DNA from: Rebecca billardiae RCC1528
Taxonomy: Eukaryota > Protista > Haptophyta
Assembly (NCBI GenBank): GCA_965240325.2
Contig: OZ251233.1
Span: 1,488,001 to 1,552,000 of the forward strand
Reading direction: 5' to 3'
DNA length: 64,000 nucleotides
Shown: piece after piece, positions 1-10,800 of the stretch
How positions within the stretch are numbered: the first letter of the stretch is position 1
Layout of the letters: every line of letters begins with the position of its first letter
The notes under the pieces: model-generated
Told to the model about the DNA's origin: nothing
The model's database searches: none
What the model saw: the letters and a program-made list of their open reading frames with translations, nothing else
Made by a program: the position numbers and the translations under genes

Positions 1-468
1 TCAGGACGAGTTGGTACACTGTTGGTACACCCTGGACCAAGTTGGTACATTCCGCGGAAATTTGGTACACTTATTGGTACATTTTCAGGACGAGTTGGTA
101 CATTTTTTGGTACACCCTGGGACAAGTTGGTACACTTTGGGGAGCAGTTGGTACATTATCAGGGAGGAGTTGGTACACTTGGTACACTTTTGTGTGCAAA
201 CTGGTACTACATGGTTGGTACACGTTGGTACACTCATGAAATGTACCAAAGTGTACCATTTATGTACCAAAGTGTACATGGTACACCCAATGACATTTGG
301 TACATTGTCAGGATGCGTTGGTACACTTTGGTACACTATTGGTACACTATTGGTACACTATTGGTACACTATTGGTACAGTATTATTGGTACACTTGGTA
401 CATCTTTACATGTACCAATAGTGTACCAATAGTGTACCAATTATGTACCAAAGTGTACCATGGTACAT
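1..468. repeat. Degenerate satellite-like array of a ~10-11 bp unit (TTGGTACACT-like) that changes orientation several times
   Basis: Dozens of GGTACA words at ~11-235 and ~280-402, and reverse-complement TGTACC words at ~242-270 and ~411-460. 14-bp palindrome TGTACCATGGTACA at 454-467. AT-rich compared with the genes; probably runs off the window start. Confidence 0.85.
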
Positions 469-521
469 CCGCTTAGCTCGGTACACTCCGGTTCTGAGCT
501 CGCGGTTTGGTCGATCTACCC

Positions 522-588
522 GACTCCGGTCAGCGGAAAACCCTCGGTGTGAGCTCGCACCTCGCAAGGTTTTCCGCTGACCGGAGTC
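522..588. repeat. Perfect 21-bp inverted repeat (hairpin)
   Basis: GACTCCGGTCAGCGGAAAACC (522-542) is the exact reverse complement of 568-588. The 25-nt loop contains near-palindrome GGTGTGAGCTCGCACC. Confidence 0.9.
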
Positions 589-693
589 CGGACGCTCCGA
601 GGTCCGTCTCATGTCATACATCGCATCCGACGGGGCTCCGCACTGGCGCTTTCGCCCCCAGTAGTGGTATTTTGTAAGCCCCTTGATGATGAT

Positions 694-694
<1 letters not shown>

Positions 695-734
<40 letters not shown>
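695..734. repeat. (CT)20 microsatellite
   Basis: Direct reading of the sequence. Confidence 0.97.
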
Positions 735-737
<3 letters not shown>

Positions 738-954
738 CGGATGACGATATCGATGATTCGACGCGCGGTTCAGACGCGCGCACGCGCGCGATATATTCTA
801 CGACTACGACGACTGCCGCCACTGCTATGCACCTCGATTCTCGAACCGAGACAAAGTAGCCTGCGCTTGCGTCGTCATTCTCGTAGTATCCGAATTGTCT
901 GTCCCACACGAGCGCGGCTTGCTGCGCCCGGATCCCCCATCGGATCATCAGGTC

Positions 955-1815
955 TCAGGTCTGCAGCTGCGCATCGTCGTTCGCAGCCGCCCCGCGCGCG
1001 GCAGCACCGGCTGCCTCGCCGGCTGCTCCAGCCGCTGCATTTGGCGTCGCGGCTGGCTGTCCGGCGTCGCGGCTCGAGAAGGAGCCAATCGGCGGCAGCG
1101 GCGAGGTGGCGGAGGACGAGCGGCCGGTGGTGGGCAGGCTGGGCGGCGGGCCCGGCAGCGCGGACGCGGCCGGCAGTGGCGCCGCCGCGACGGGCTGCGG
1201 CAGCGCCGACGCCGTGCCCTCGCGCGCCACCGGCGGCAGCGCCGCCGGCGGCGCGCGTCGGATGGTCGGGTCGACGGGCGGCAGCGTGGCCGAGCCCCTT
1301 CGGGTGTCTGCGAGCGTGGGCGGCTGCCGCACCGACTCGACCGGCCCGGCCGAGGCCGGCGCGGCCCGGCTTGTGTCGGCGCGCGCGGGCGCGGGCGTCA
1401 CCGCCGCCGCGCCGGGCGGCGGCGGCGCCGGGCGCACGCGCTCGGCAGGCGGCGGCGGCGGCGGCTGCTGCTGGCCGGCGGGCGCGGACGGCGGGCCGTC
1501 CGCCGAATCGTCCCCGGGCGCGACCTGCGTGCGAGAGCTCCTCTTCGGCGAGCGGCTGAATCCCTGCCCAGCGGACGGCCCGGCAGAGCCGTCGCCCGTC
1601 GTCGCGGCGGCGCCGCCGACCCCGGCCTCGTCCTCGTCCGAGACGCGCACCTCTTCGACCACGCGCTTGCGCCGCCACCAGCCGAAGGCGCACAGGGCGG
1701 CGCAGCACAGCAGCGCCGCGATGGTCAGTCCGACGGACAGCCCGACTATGCTGCCCGTGTCCAGGGCCGGCTCGCTCGCCCTGGCGGCCGTCGCGCCGGA
1801 GGGAGCGCTTCCACT

Positions 1816-1848
<33 letters not shown>

Positions 1849-4800
1849 GCCGCCGGAGCTTGACGCGTCGCCGTCCTCGCCGCCGCCCTCGTCCGTGCCG
1901 GCTGTGTCCGCCACCTGCACGGCCGCAAGCGGGACGCCGACGGCGAGCGCGAGCGCGGAGAGCGGCGTGTTGCGCACGATGGCGGCGACGTCGATGTCGA
2001 GCGCGTGCGGCACGTACACCGCGACGATCAGCACCGTGCCGGCGGTGGGCAGCACCTTGAGAAAGCCCGGCTGCAGGCCGAGCAGCGCGCCGAGCCCGCT
2101 CACAAACTCGGCGCGGCTGGTGTCGTTGAGGCCCTGCTCCGTGTCGAGGGTGAAGATGAGAGTGGTCGTGAGCTCGCCGGGCGGCGAGGGCGGCGGCGCG
2201 AGCGGCGGCGTGGGCGAGGGCGGCGTGCTGGGCGGCGAGGGGCTCGGCGGCGGGCTCGGCGAGTGCGGCTCGCACGAGCTGTCGTCGAACGACGCCGTCG
2301 AGTCGAAGTTGGGCGCGACGGCGTCCGTGCACCCGCCAAACCGGCAGCCGCCCGAGTCGACCGTCGCTGCGGAGAGGAAGTTGGACGCGGCCGAGTCGGT
2401 GCAGCCGGTCACAGGGAAGACGCAGCTGCCGTCGTTCACGTCGGCGCTCGAGTCGTAGTTGCTCGCGTTCCGCAGCGTGCAGCCGCCGAGCACGCAGCTG
2501 CCGTCGTCGAGCGTGGCTGTGGCGGGAGGGAGGCACGCGCGCGCGGGCGAGGGGCGATGGGCGTCACGCACGGCGCGACGGGCGGGCGCGCGCGCGCGCG
2601 GTGCGCCGAAGGCGGCTGCGGTGCGCAGGGGCGCGCGCCGCACCTGCGGCGAGGTAGTTGATGGCGGCGCTGTCGGTGCAGCCGCGCACGTCGTACACGC
2701 ACGAGCCGTCGCTCGTCGTCCCTGCGTGCAGCCGTGTGCCACGCGGTGCGGGGCGCGTGCGCATGGCGCGGGCCGTGAGCGCGGCAGGGCGCGAGCGGCG
2801 GGCCTGCGGCTGGGCGGCGCGCGAGCGGCGGCGGCGGGGCGTGCGGCGCGGGGCGCGCACCGAGCGAGTCGAAGTTGATCGCGCTCGAGTCGACGCACGC
2901 CGCGCGCACGCAGCTGCCATCGTCGGCGTTCGCGGCGGCGGCGTAGTTGTCCGCGGCGCTGTCCGTGCAGCCGCGGACGCTGTACGAGCACGAGCCGTCG
3001 TTCGTCGTCGCGCTCGAGTCGAGGTTGTTGGCCGCCGGGTCGGTGCACCCGCCGTACGCGCACGGGCCGGCGACGGTGGCCTGCGGCACGAAGTCGAGCG
3101 CGAGCGAGTCGGTGCAGCCGGTGACAGGAAACTCGCACGAGCCGTCGTCGTCGGATGCGCCCGAGTCGTAGTTGAGCGCGCTCGGCACCGTGCAGCCCGA
3201 GCCCTGCAGCCGGCGGCCGCGGCGCGCGGCGCTCGCGTTCGCCGCCGTCGGGAAGGGGAGGCACTCGCCCGAGTCGACGGCCGCGGCCGGCAGGTAGTTG
3301 TACATGGTCGAGTCGGTGCAGCCCGCGAGCGCAAAGGCACACGCGCCCGCGCCGGGCTGCACAGTGGCGCTCGGGTCGAAGTTGGTCGCGGCCTCGAGCA
3401 GGCAGCCCGGGAAGGGCACGAAGCAGCTGCCGTCGTCCGCGCTGGCCTGCGGCACGTAGTTGAGCGCGCGCGAGTCGGTGCAGCCGCCGAACGTGTACGC
3501 GCACGCGCCCTGCGGCTGGCGCGTCGCGCTCGCGTTGAAGTTGGTCGCGGTCGGGTTCATGCAGCCCAGCACCTCCGCCACGCACGAGCCGTCGTCGGCC
3601 GTGGCGAACGACGCGAAGTTGAGCGCGGCCGGCGCGGTACAGCCGGGTACGGCGAACACGCACGCGCCCGCTGTCCCCGCGGAGGCCTGCACGGTCGCGG
3701 TCGGGTCGTAGTTGGTCGCGCCGGGCGCCATGCAGCCGAGCACAGCGATGAAGCAGCTGCCGTCGTCCCGCGTCGCCGCGGCCAGGTAGTTGACCGCCGC
3801 CGAGTCGGTGCAGCCCGGCGTCTCGTAGATGCACGCGGCCTTGGCGGTCGCCGCCGAGTTGTAGTTGAGGGCGGCTGGGTCGGTGCAGCCAAAGATGGGC
3901 GGCGGCGGCGCAGGCGGCGGCGCGGAGGGCGGCGGTGGCGAGGGCGAGTCCGGCGGCGGCGAGGGCGGTGGAGGCGAGGGAGGCGGCGGCGAGGGCGTGG
4001 GCGGCACGGGCGGTGAGCCAGGAGACATGGGCGGCAGCGGAGGCGGCGCCTGCGGGGGTGGCGGGGGCTCGCGCGGCGGTGTGGCCGGCGGCGTCGACGG
4101 TGGTGTCGACGGCGGCGCCGACGGCGGCGCCGACGGCGGCGCCGACGGCGGCGCCGACGGCGGCGCCGACGGCGGCGCCGACGGCGGCGCCGACGGCGGC
4201 GTCGATGGCGGCGTCGATGGCGGCATCGACGGCGGCATCGACGGCGGCGTCGACGGCGGCGCCGACGGCGGCGCCGACGGCGGCGCCGACGGCGGCGCCG
4301 ACGGCGGCGTCGATGGCGGTGCGAGCGGCTGCGGGCTCGGCGGCGGCGTGCTCGGCGGCGTTGATGGCGGCGAGAGCGGCGGCGGGCTCGGCGGCGGGCT
4401 CGGCGGCGGCGGGCTCGGAGGTGGCGGACTCGGAGGTGGCGAGCTAGGCGGTAGGCTCGGTGGCGGCGGTGGCGGCGGGGTCGGTGGTGGTGGCGGCGGG
4501 GTTGGTGGCGGTGGTGGCGGCGGGCTCGGTGGCGGCGGGCTCGGCGGCGGGCTGGGCGGCGGCGGCGGCGGTGGGCTGGGCGGCGGCAGGCTCGGCGGTG
4601 GGCTCGGCGGCGGCGGCGGCGGCGGCGACGGTGGTGGCGGGCTTGGCGGCGGGCTCGGCGGCGGCGGCGGCGGCGGGCTCGGCGGCGGTTGGCTCGGTGG
4701 CGGGCTCGGCGGCGGCGGCGGCGGCAGGCTTGGCGGTGGGCTCGGCGGCGGCGGCGGCGGTGCGCCCGGCGGCGAGCTCGGCGGTGGCGGCAGGCTCGGC

Positions 4801-7800
4801 GGCGGCGACGGCGGAGGGACCGGCGGCGGGCTTGGCGGCGGCGGCGGCGGCGGGCTCGGTGGTGGGCTCGGTGGTGGCGGGGGCGGCGGGTTCGGCGGCG
4901 GGCTCGGCGGCGGCGGTGGCGGTAGGCTCGGCGGCGGGCTCGGCGGCGGCGGCGGCGGTGGGCTTGGTGGCGGCGATGGTGGCGGCGGAGGCGGTGGGTT
5001 GGGTGGCGGGCTCGGCGGTGGCGACGGCGGTGGCGGCGGCGGCGGGCTCGGCGGCGGGCTCGGCGGTGGCGGCGGCGGCGGGCTCGGCGGCGGGCTCGGC
5101 GGCGGTGGCGGTGGCGGCTTCGGCGGCGGGCTCGGCGGCGGCGGGCTGGGGGGTGGGCTCGGCGGCGGCGAGGGCGGCGGGCTCGGCGGCGGCGAGGGCG
5201 GGTGTGGCGGAGGGAACGGGGCCGTGCGAGGCGGCGGCGGAAGGCTCGGCGGCGCCGACGGCGGCGGGCTTGGCGGCGGCGGCGGCGGCAGACTCGGCGG
5301 TGCGCTGGGCGGCGGGGTCGGCGGAGGCGGCGGCGGCGCCGACGGTGGCGGCGGCGGCTGGCTGGGCGGCGTGCTGGGCGGCGGCAAAGGCGGCGGAGGC
5401 GGCGGCGCACTCGGCGGCGCGCTTGGTGGCGGCGTCGGCGGCGGGCTCGGGTGAGGGCTGGGCGGCGGTGGCGGTGGCGGGCTTGGCGGCGGGCTTGGCG
5501 GCGGCGGTGGCGGCAGCGACGGCGGCGGGCTCGGCGGCGGCGGTGGAGGCAGGCTTGGCGGCGCGCTCGGCGGCGGCGGGCTCGGCGGCGGGCTTGGCGG
5601 TGCCGACGGCGGCGGGGACGGCGGCGGGCCCGGTGGCGGCGGCGGCGGTGGAGCTGGCGGCGGCGGCGGCGGCGACCTCGGCGGCGGGCTGGGCGGCGGG
5701 TTCGGCGGCGGCAGCGGCGGTGGGCTTGGCGGCGGGCTTGGCGGCGGGTTCGGCGGCGCGTCCGGCGGCGGGCTTGGCGGCGGGCTCGGCGGCGGTGCTG
5801 GCGGCGGCGGCGGGGGTGGGCGCGGTGGCGGGCTCGGCGGCGGGTTCGGCGGCAGTGCCGGCGGCGGGCTCGGCGGCGGGCTTGGCGGCGCCGCCGGCGG
5901 CGGCGACGGGGGTGGGCGCGGTGGCGGGCTTGGCGGTGGGGACGGCGGGGGCGCCGGCGGCGGGCTCGGCGGCGGGCTTGGCGGCGGCGCCGGCGGCGGC
6001 GACGGGGGTGGGCGTGGTGGCGGGCTTGGCGGTGGGGACGGCGGGGGCGCCGGCGGTGGGCTGGGCGGTGTGCTCGGCGGAGGGCTCGGCGGCGGCGCCG
6101 GCGGTGGGCTCGGCGGCGGGCTCGGCGGCGGGCTCGGCGGTGGCGGCGAGGGCGGTGGCGCCGGTGGTGGCGAGGGCGGCGGTGCGGGCGGCGGGCTCGG
6201 TGGCGGCGGCGAGGGCGGCGGCGCCGGCGGCGGGCTTGGCGGCGGGCTCGGCGGCGGGCTCGGCGGCGGGCTCGGCGGCGATGGCGGCGGCAGCGGCATT
6301 GTGCGCGGCGGCGGTGGCGGCGAGGGCGGCGGCGCCGGCGGCGGGCTGGGCGGGGGCGATGGCGGCGGCGAAGGCGGCGGCGGGCTCGGCGGCGGGCTCG
6401 GTGGCGGCGAGGGCGGTGGCGACGGCGGCGGTGGGCTCGGCGGCGGGCTCGGCGGCGGGCTCGGCGGCGGGCTCGGCGGTGGGCTCGGCGGCAGGCTCGG
6501 TGGCGGGCTCGGTGGAGGGCTCGGCGGCGGGCTCGGCGGCGGGCTTGGCGGTGGGCTCGGCGGCGACAATGGCGGTGGCGGCGGCGGGCTCGGCGGCGGC
6601 GACGGTGGCAGGGTGGGCGGCGGCGACGGCGGCGGGGATGGTGGCGGCGATGGCGGCGGCGCAGGCGGCGGGCGCGGCGGCGGCGACGGCGGCGGGCTCG
6701 GCGGCGGCAACGGCGGTGGCGGTGGCGGGTGTGGCGGCGGGCTCGGCGGCGGGCTCGGCGGCGGCGCAGGTGGCGGCGATGGCGGTGGCGATGGCGGCGG
6801 GCTCGGCGGTGGCGGGCTCGGCGGCGGGCTCGGCGGCGGGCTTGGCGGCGGGCTCGGCGGCGGCAATGGCGGCGGCGGCGGCGGGCGTGGCGGCGGGCTC
6901 GGCGGCGGGCTCGGCGGCGGGCTCGGTGGCGGGCTCGGCGGCGGGCTCGGCGGCGGGCTCGGCGGTGGCGCCGGCGGCGGCGAGGGTGGCGGCGAGGGCG
7001 GCGGGCTCGGCGGCGGCGGGCTCGGCGGCGGGCTCGGCGGCGGGCTCGGCGGCGGGCTCGGCGGCGGGCTCGGCGGCGGGCTCGGCGGCGGGCTCGGCGG
7101 CGGGCTCGGTGGCGGGCTCGGCGGCGGGCTCGGCGGCGGGCTCGGCGGCGGCGCGGGCGGCGGGCTCGGCGGCGGGCTCGGCGGCGGGCTCGGCGGCGGG
7201 CTCGGCGGCGGGCTGGGCGGCGGCGGGCTGGGCGGCGGGCTCGGCGGCGGGCTCGGCGGCGGGCTCGGTGGCGGGCTGGGCGGCGGGCTCGGCGGCGGCG
7301 ATGGTGGCGGGCTGGGCGGCGGGCTCGGTGGCGGGCTCGGCGGCGGGCTCGGCGGCGGCGGGCTCGGCGGTGGGCTCGGCGGCGGGCTCGGTGGCGGGCT
7401 GGGTGGTGGCGACGGCGGCGGGCTCGGCGGCGGCGGGCTGGGCGGCGGGCTGGGCGGCGGGCTGGGCGGCGGGCTCGGCGGCGGCGATGGGGGCGGCGAT
7501 GGCGGCGGGCTTGGCGGCGGGCTCGGCGGCGGGCTGGGTGGCGGGCTGGGCGGCGGGCTGGGTGGCGGGCTCGGCGGCGGGCTCGGCGGCGGGCTGGGCG
7601 GCGGGCTGGGTGGCGGCGGGCTGGGCGGCGGGGACGGCGGCGGGGACGGCGGCGGGCTGGGCGGCGGCGAAGGCGGCGGGCTCGGCGGCGGCGGGCTGGG
7701 CGGCGGGCTGGGCGGCGGGCTCGGCGGCGGGCTGGGCGGCGGGCTGGGCGGCGGCGAAGGCGGCGGGCTGGGCGGCGGGCTGGGCGGCGGGCTTGGCGGC

Positions 7801-10800
7801 GGCGGGCTGGGTGGCGGGCTCGGCGGCGGCGGGCTGGGCGGCGGGCTCGGCGGCGGCGCGGGCGGATACGGCGGCGGGCTCGGCGGCGGCGAGAAGTGGA
7901 TGCACGAGTACCCGTCGGGCTCGAGCTTGTACGTCTCCATGCACGAGCAGTAGTAGCTGCCGTTCGTGTTGGTGCAGTTGTGCTCACACAGGTCGATGCG
8001 CTCCGCGCACTCGTCGATGTCGTCGCACCGCCGGCCGTCCGCGTTCAGCCGGTAGCCGGCGAAGCACGCACACGCGCTCGCGCCGACCGTGTTCACGCAG
8101 ACGTGCTCGCAGTCGTTCGGGTCGACGTTGCCCTCGCCGCACTCGTTCACGTCGGAGCAGAACCAGCCCGGCCCCTCGTACCCCGGGTTGCACGTGCACG
8201 TGTACGAGCCCAGCGTGTTGTTGCAGCTCGCGAGCGGGTGGCAGTCGTCCAGCCCGCGCGCGCACTCGTCCACGTCGGTGCAGTTCCGCCCATCGCCCTC
8301 GAACCCGTCGATGCACGTGCAGCTGAAGCCGCCGTCGGTGTTGCGGCAGGTCGCCTGCGCGCCGCAGTCGTCGAGGCCGAGCGCGCACTCGTCGAAGTCG
8401 ACGCAGCGGTTGGTCGTCGCGTTGATCGCGCGGCCGGCGCCGCACACGCACGCGCCCTCGGCCGTGAGCTTGGGCGTGGGCTGCGCGCACGCCGTGCAGT
8501 TGGACGCGCTCGGCCCGTCGCACGCGGCGCAGCCCGCGTCGCACGCACGGCACTCGGAGCTCGGCGCGTGCACGAAGTGCCGCGTCGGGCACGCCGCGAC
8601 GCACGTGCCGTTGTGCAGCAGCGGGAAGAGCGGCGTGCACGAGAGGCACGCGCCGTCGCCCGGCCCGTCGCACGTGGCGCACGACGGGTCGCACGTGCGA
8701 CACACGGTCGCCAGCACCGTCTCGGTGACGGCGGCGCCCGACGGGTCGGTGCTGACGACCTCGGTGGTGGTCGACGCGCTGTACTGCCCGTCGGGGCACG
8801 CGGCGACGCACGCGCCGTCGAGCAGCACCGGCGTGCCGCCCGCCTGGTCGCACGCCGCGCAGTCGGTCGCGCCGCTGCCTGTGCAGCTTGCGCAGGTCGG
8901 CTCGCACGGCGCGCACGTGGCGTCCTCGCCGACAAACTGGCCGGGGTCGCACGCGGAGACGCACGCGCCGAAGGCGCGGCCGGCGGCGTCCGTGCCCGCC
9001 GGGCGCAGGTAGTAGTGCTCGAAGTCCGTCGGGTCGCACGTCGTGCAGTTCGACGCGCCCGCGGCGGCGCACGTGCCGCACGTGTCGGCGCACGCGCCGC
9101 AGCCGACGCCGTCCGGCAGAGGATACTCAGCAGACGAGCACGACGCCGGCACGCACAGCGCCGTGTTGTTGGCCGCGACCTCGTACCCGTCGACGCACGC
9201 GTCGCAGTGCGTGGCGTTCGCGCACGTGGCGCACCGCGCGATCGCGCCCGCGCACGGCGCGCACGCGCCGTCGCTCGCGTACGTGCCGCTCGGGCACGCC
9301 TCCTTGCAGCGGCCGGCGTGCAGCAGCAGCCCGCCATCACACGACAGGCACTGCGTGGACGCGGGCCCGGAGCAGCTCGCGCACTTGAAGTGGCACGCGC
9401 CGCACTCGACGCCGGACGTGCGGACGTACGTGCCCTCCGGGCACGCGCCGAGGCAGCTCGCGCCGAAGATGAACGGGAACGCGGACGACGTGTCGCACGA
9501 GAGGCATGCCGCCGCGCCGTTGCCCACGCACAGCGCGCACGTGCCGTCGCACGGCGCGCACTCGAGCGCGGACGAGCCCGGAACGACGTGGCTCGCGTTC
9601 GGCGCCGACTCGGCGGCGTACGCGCCGAGGGGCGTGCACGCGCCGACGCACGAGCCCGTGGGCGCGTGGTAGAACGGCGTGCCCGTCTGCGGGCACGAGT
9701 CGCACGCGCTGTCGTCCGAGCACGTGTAGCACGACGGGTCGCACGGGTCGCACGGCCCGCCGTCTGCGGGGCACGAGAAGTGCGGCTCGACCTGGTCGCA
9801 CAACGCCGAGCAGCCGTCGTCGCCGAGGACGTTGCCGTCGTCGCACACCTCGTCGCCCGCGACGAGGCCGTCGCCGCACTGCGTCGCGCACTCGTCCGGC
9901 CGGCGCAGCGAGCCGCCCGAGCAGTACCACCCCTCCTCCACCTCGCAGCTCGCCGAGCAGCCATCGCCGGAGAGCGTGTTGTTGTCGTCGCACGGCTCGG
10001 CCCCAATCACGCGCAGCCCGTCGCCGCACGTGGGCGTGCACGCGTCGAGGCCGCCGAGGTCGCCGATCTCCTGGTTCACCGCGGCGCACGTCCAGCCCTG
10101 CTCCACCTCGCAGTAGTAGTTGCACCCGTCGCCCGCGAGCGTGTTGTTGTCGTCGCACTGCTCGACCGAGGAGCGCTTGCCGTTGCCGCAGATGTGGACC
10201 ACTGGCACGACCGTCACGCTGGTGAACCCGCTCAGCTCGAGCGTCTGGTTGGTGGGCACGGGCTCGGTGGCGGTGTCCAGGTCGAAGGGCGACGCGCCGG
10301 GCACCAGCTCGCGCACCTCGACCTCGCACGCCCCCGCGTCGCCCGCCGTGAGGTTGGCGTACAGCGCGGGCTGGTCGCCGACGTGCGGCGGCTCGCCCGT
10401 CGTGTACAGCCGGACGAGCCAGCGCGCCTCGGCGGGCGTCGCGCTCAGGTGGTCGGTGGCGCTGGCGCGGAAGGCCTCCGCCTGGCCGATCGTGTCGAGG
10501 TTGAGGAGCGCCTCCGTCATCTCCGCCGCGCTCGTCCCCGCGCCCAGCCACACGTCCGCCACCTGCCCCCGGAAGCCGAGCGCGAACCGGCAGCCCGCGG
10601 CGTCGAGCGCCGCGCCGCCGCCGCCGCCGGGCGCTCGCAGCGTGACCAGTTGCTCCTCAAACACATAGGGCAGCCCGACGGACGCGTCGACGTAGGGCTG
10701 GTACGGCGCGAGCGAGGCGAGCGACGCGGTGCCGACGAGCGCGCCGAGCACCGGGTGCGCCGGCTGCACGACGATCGACACCGCCGCGTACGCCGAGACG

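Noticed and set aside
11-432. ORFs with LVH/GTL/WYT repeats; possible CRISPR array
   Set aside because: Translation artefacts of the GGTACA satellite; no repeat-spacer structure and no cas genes.
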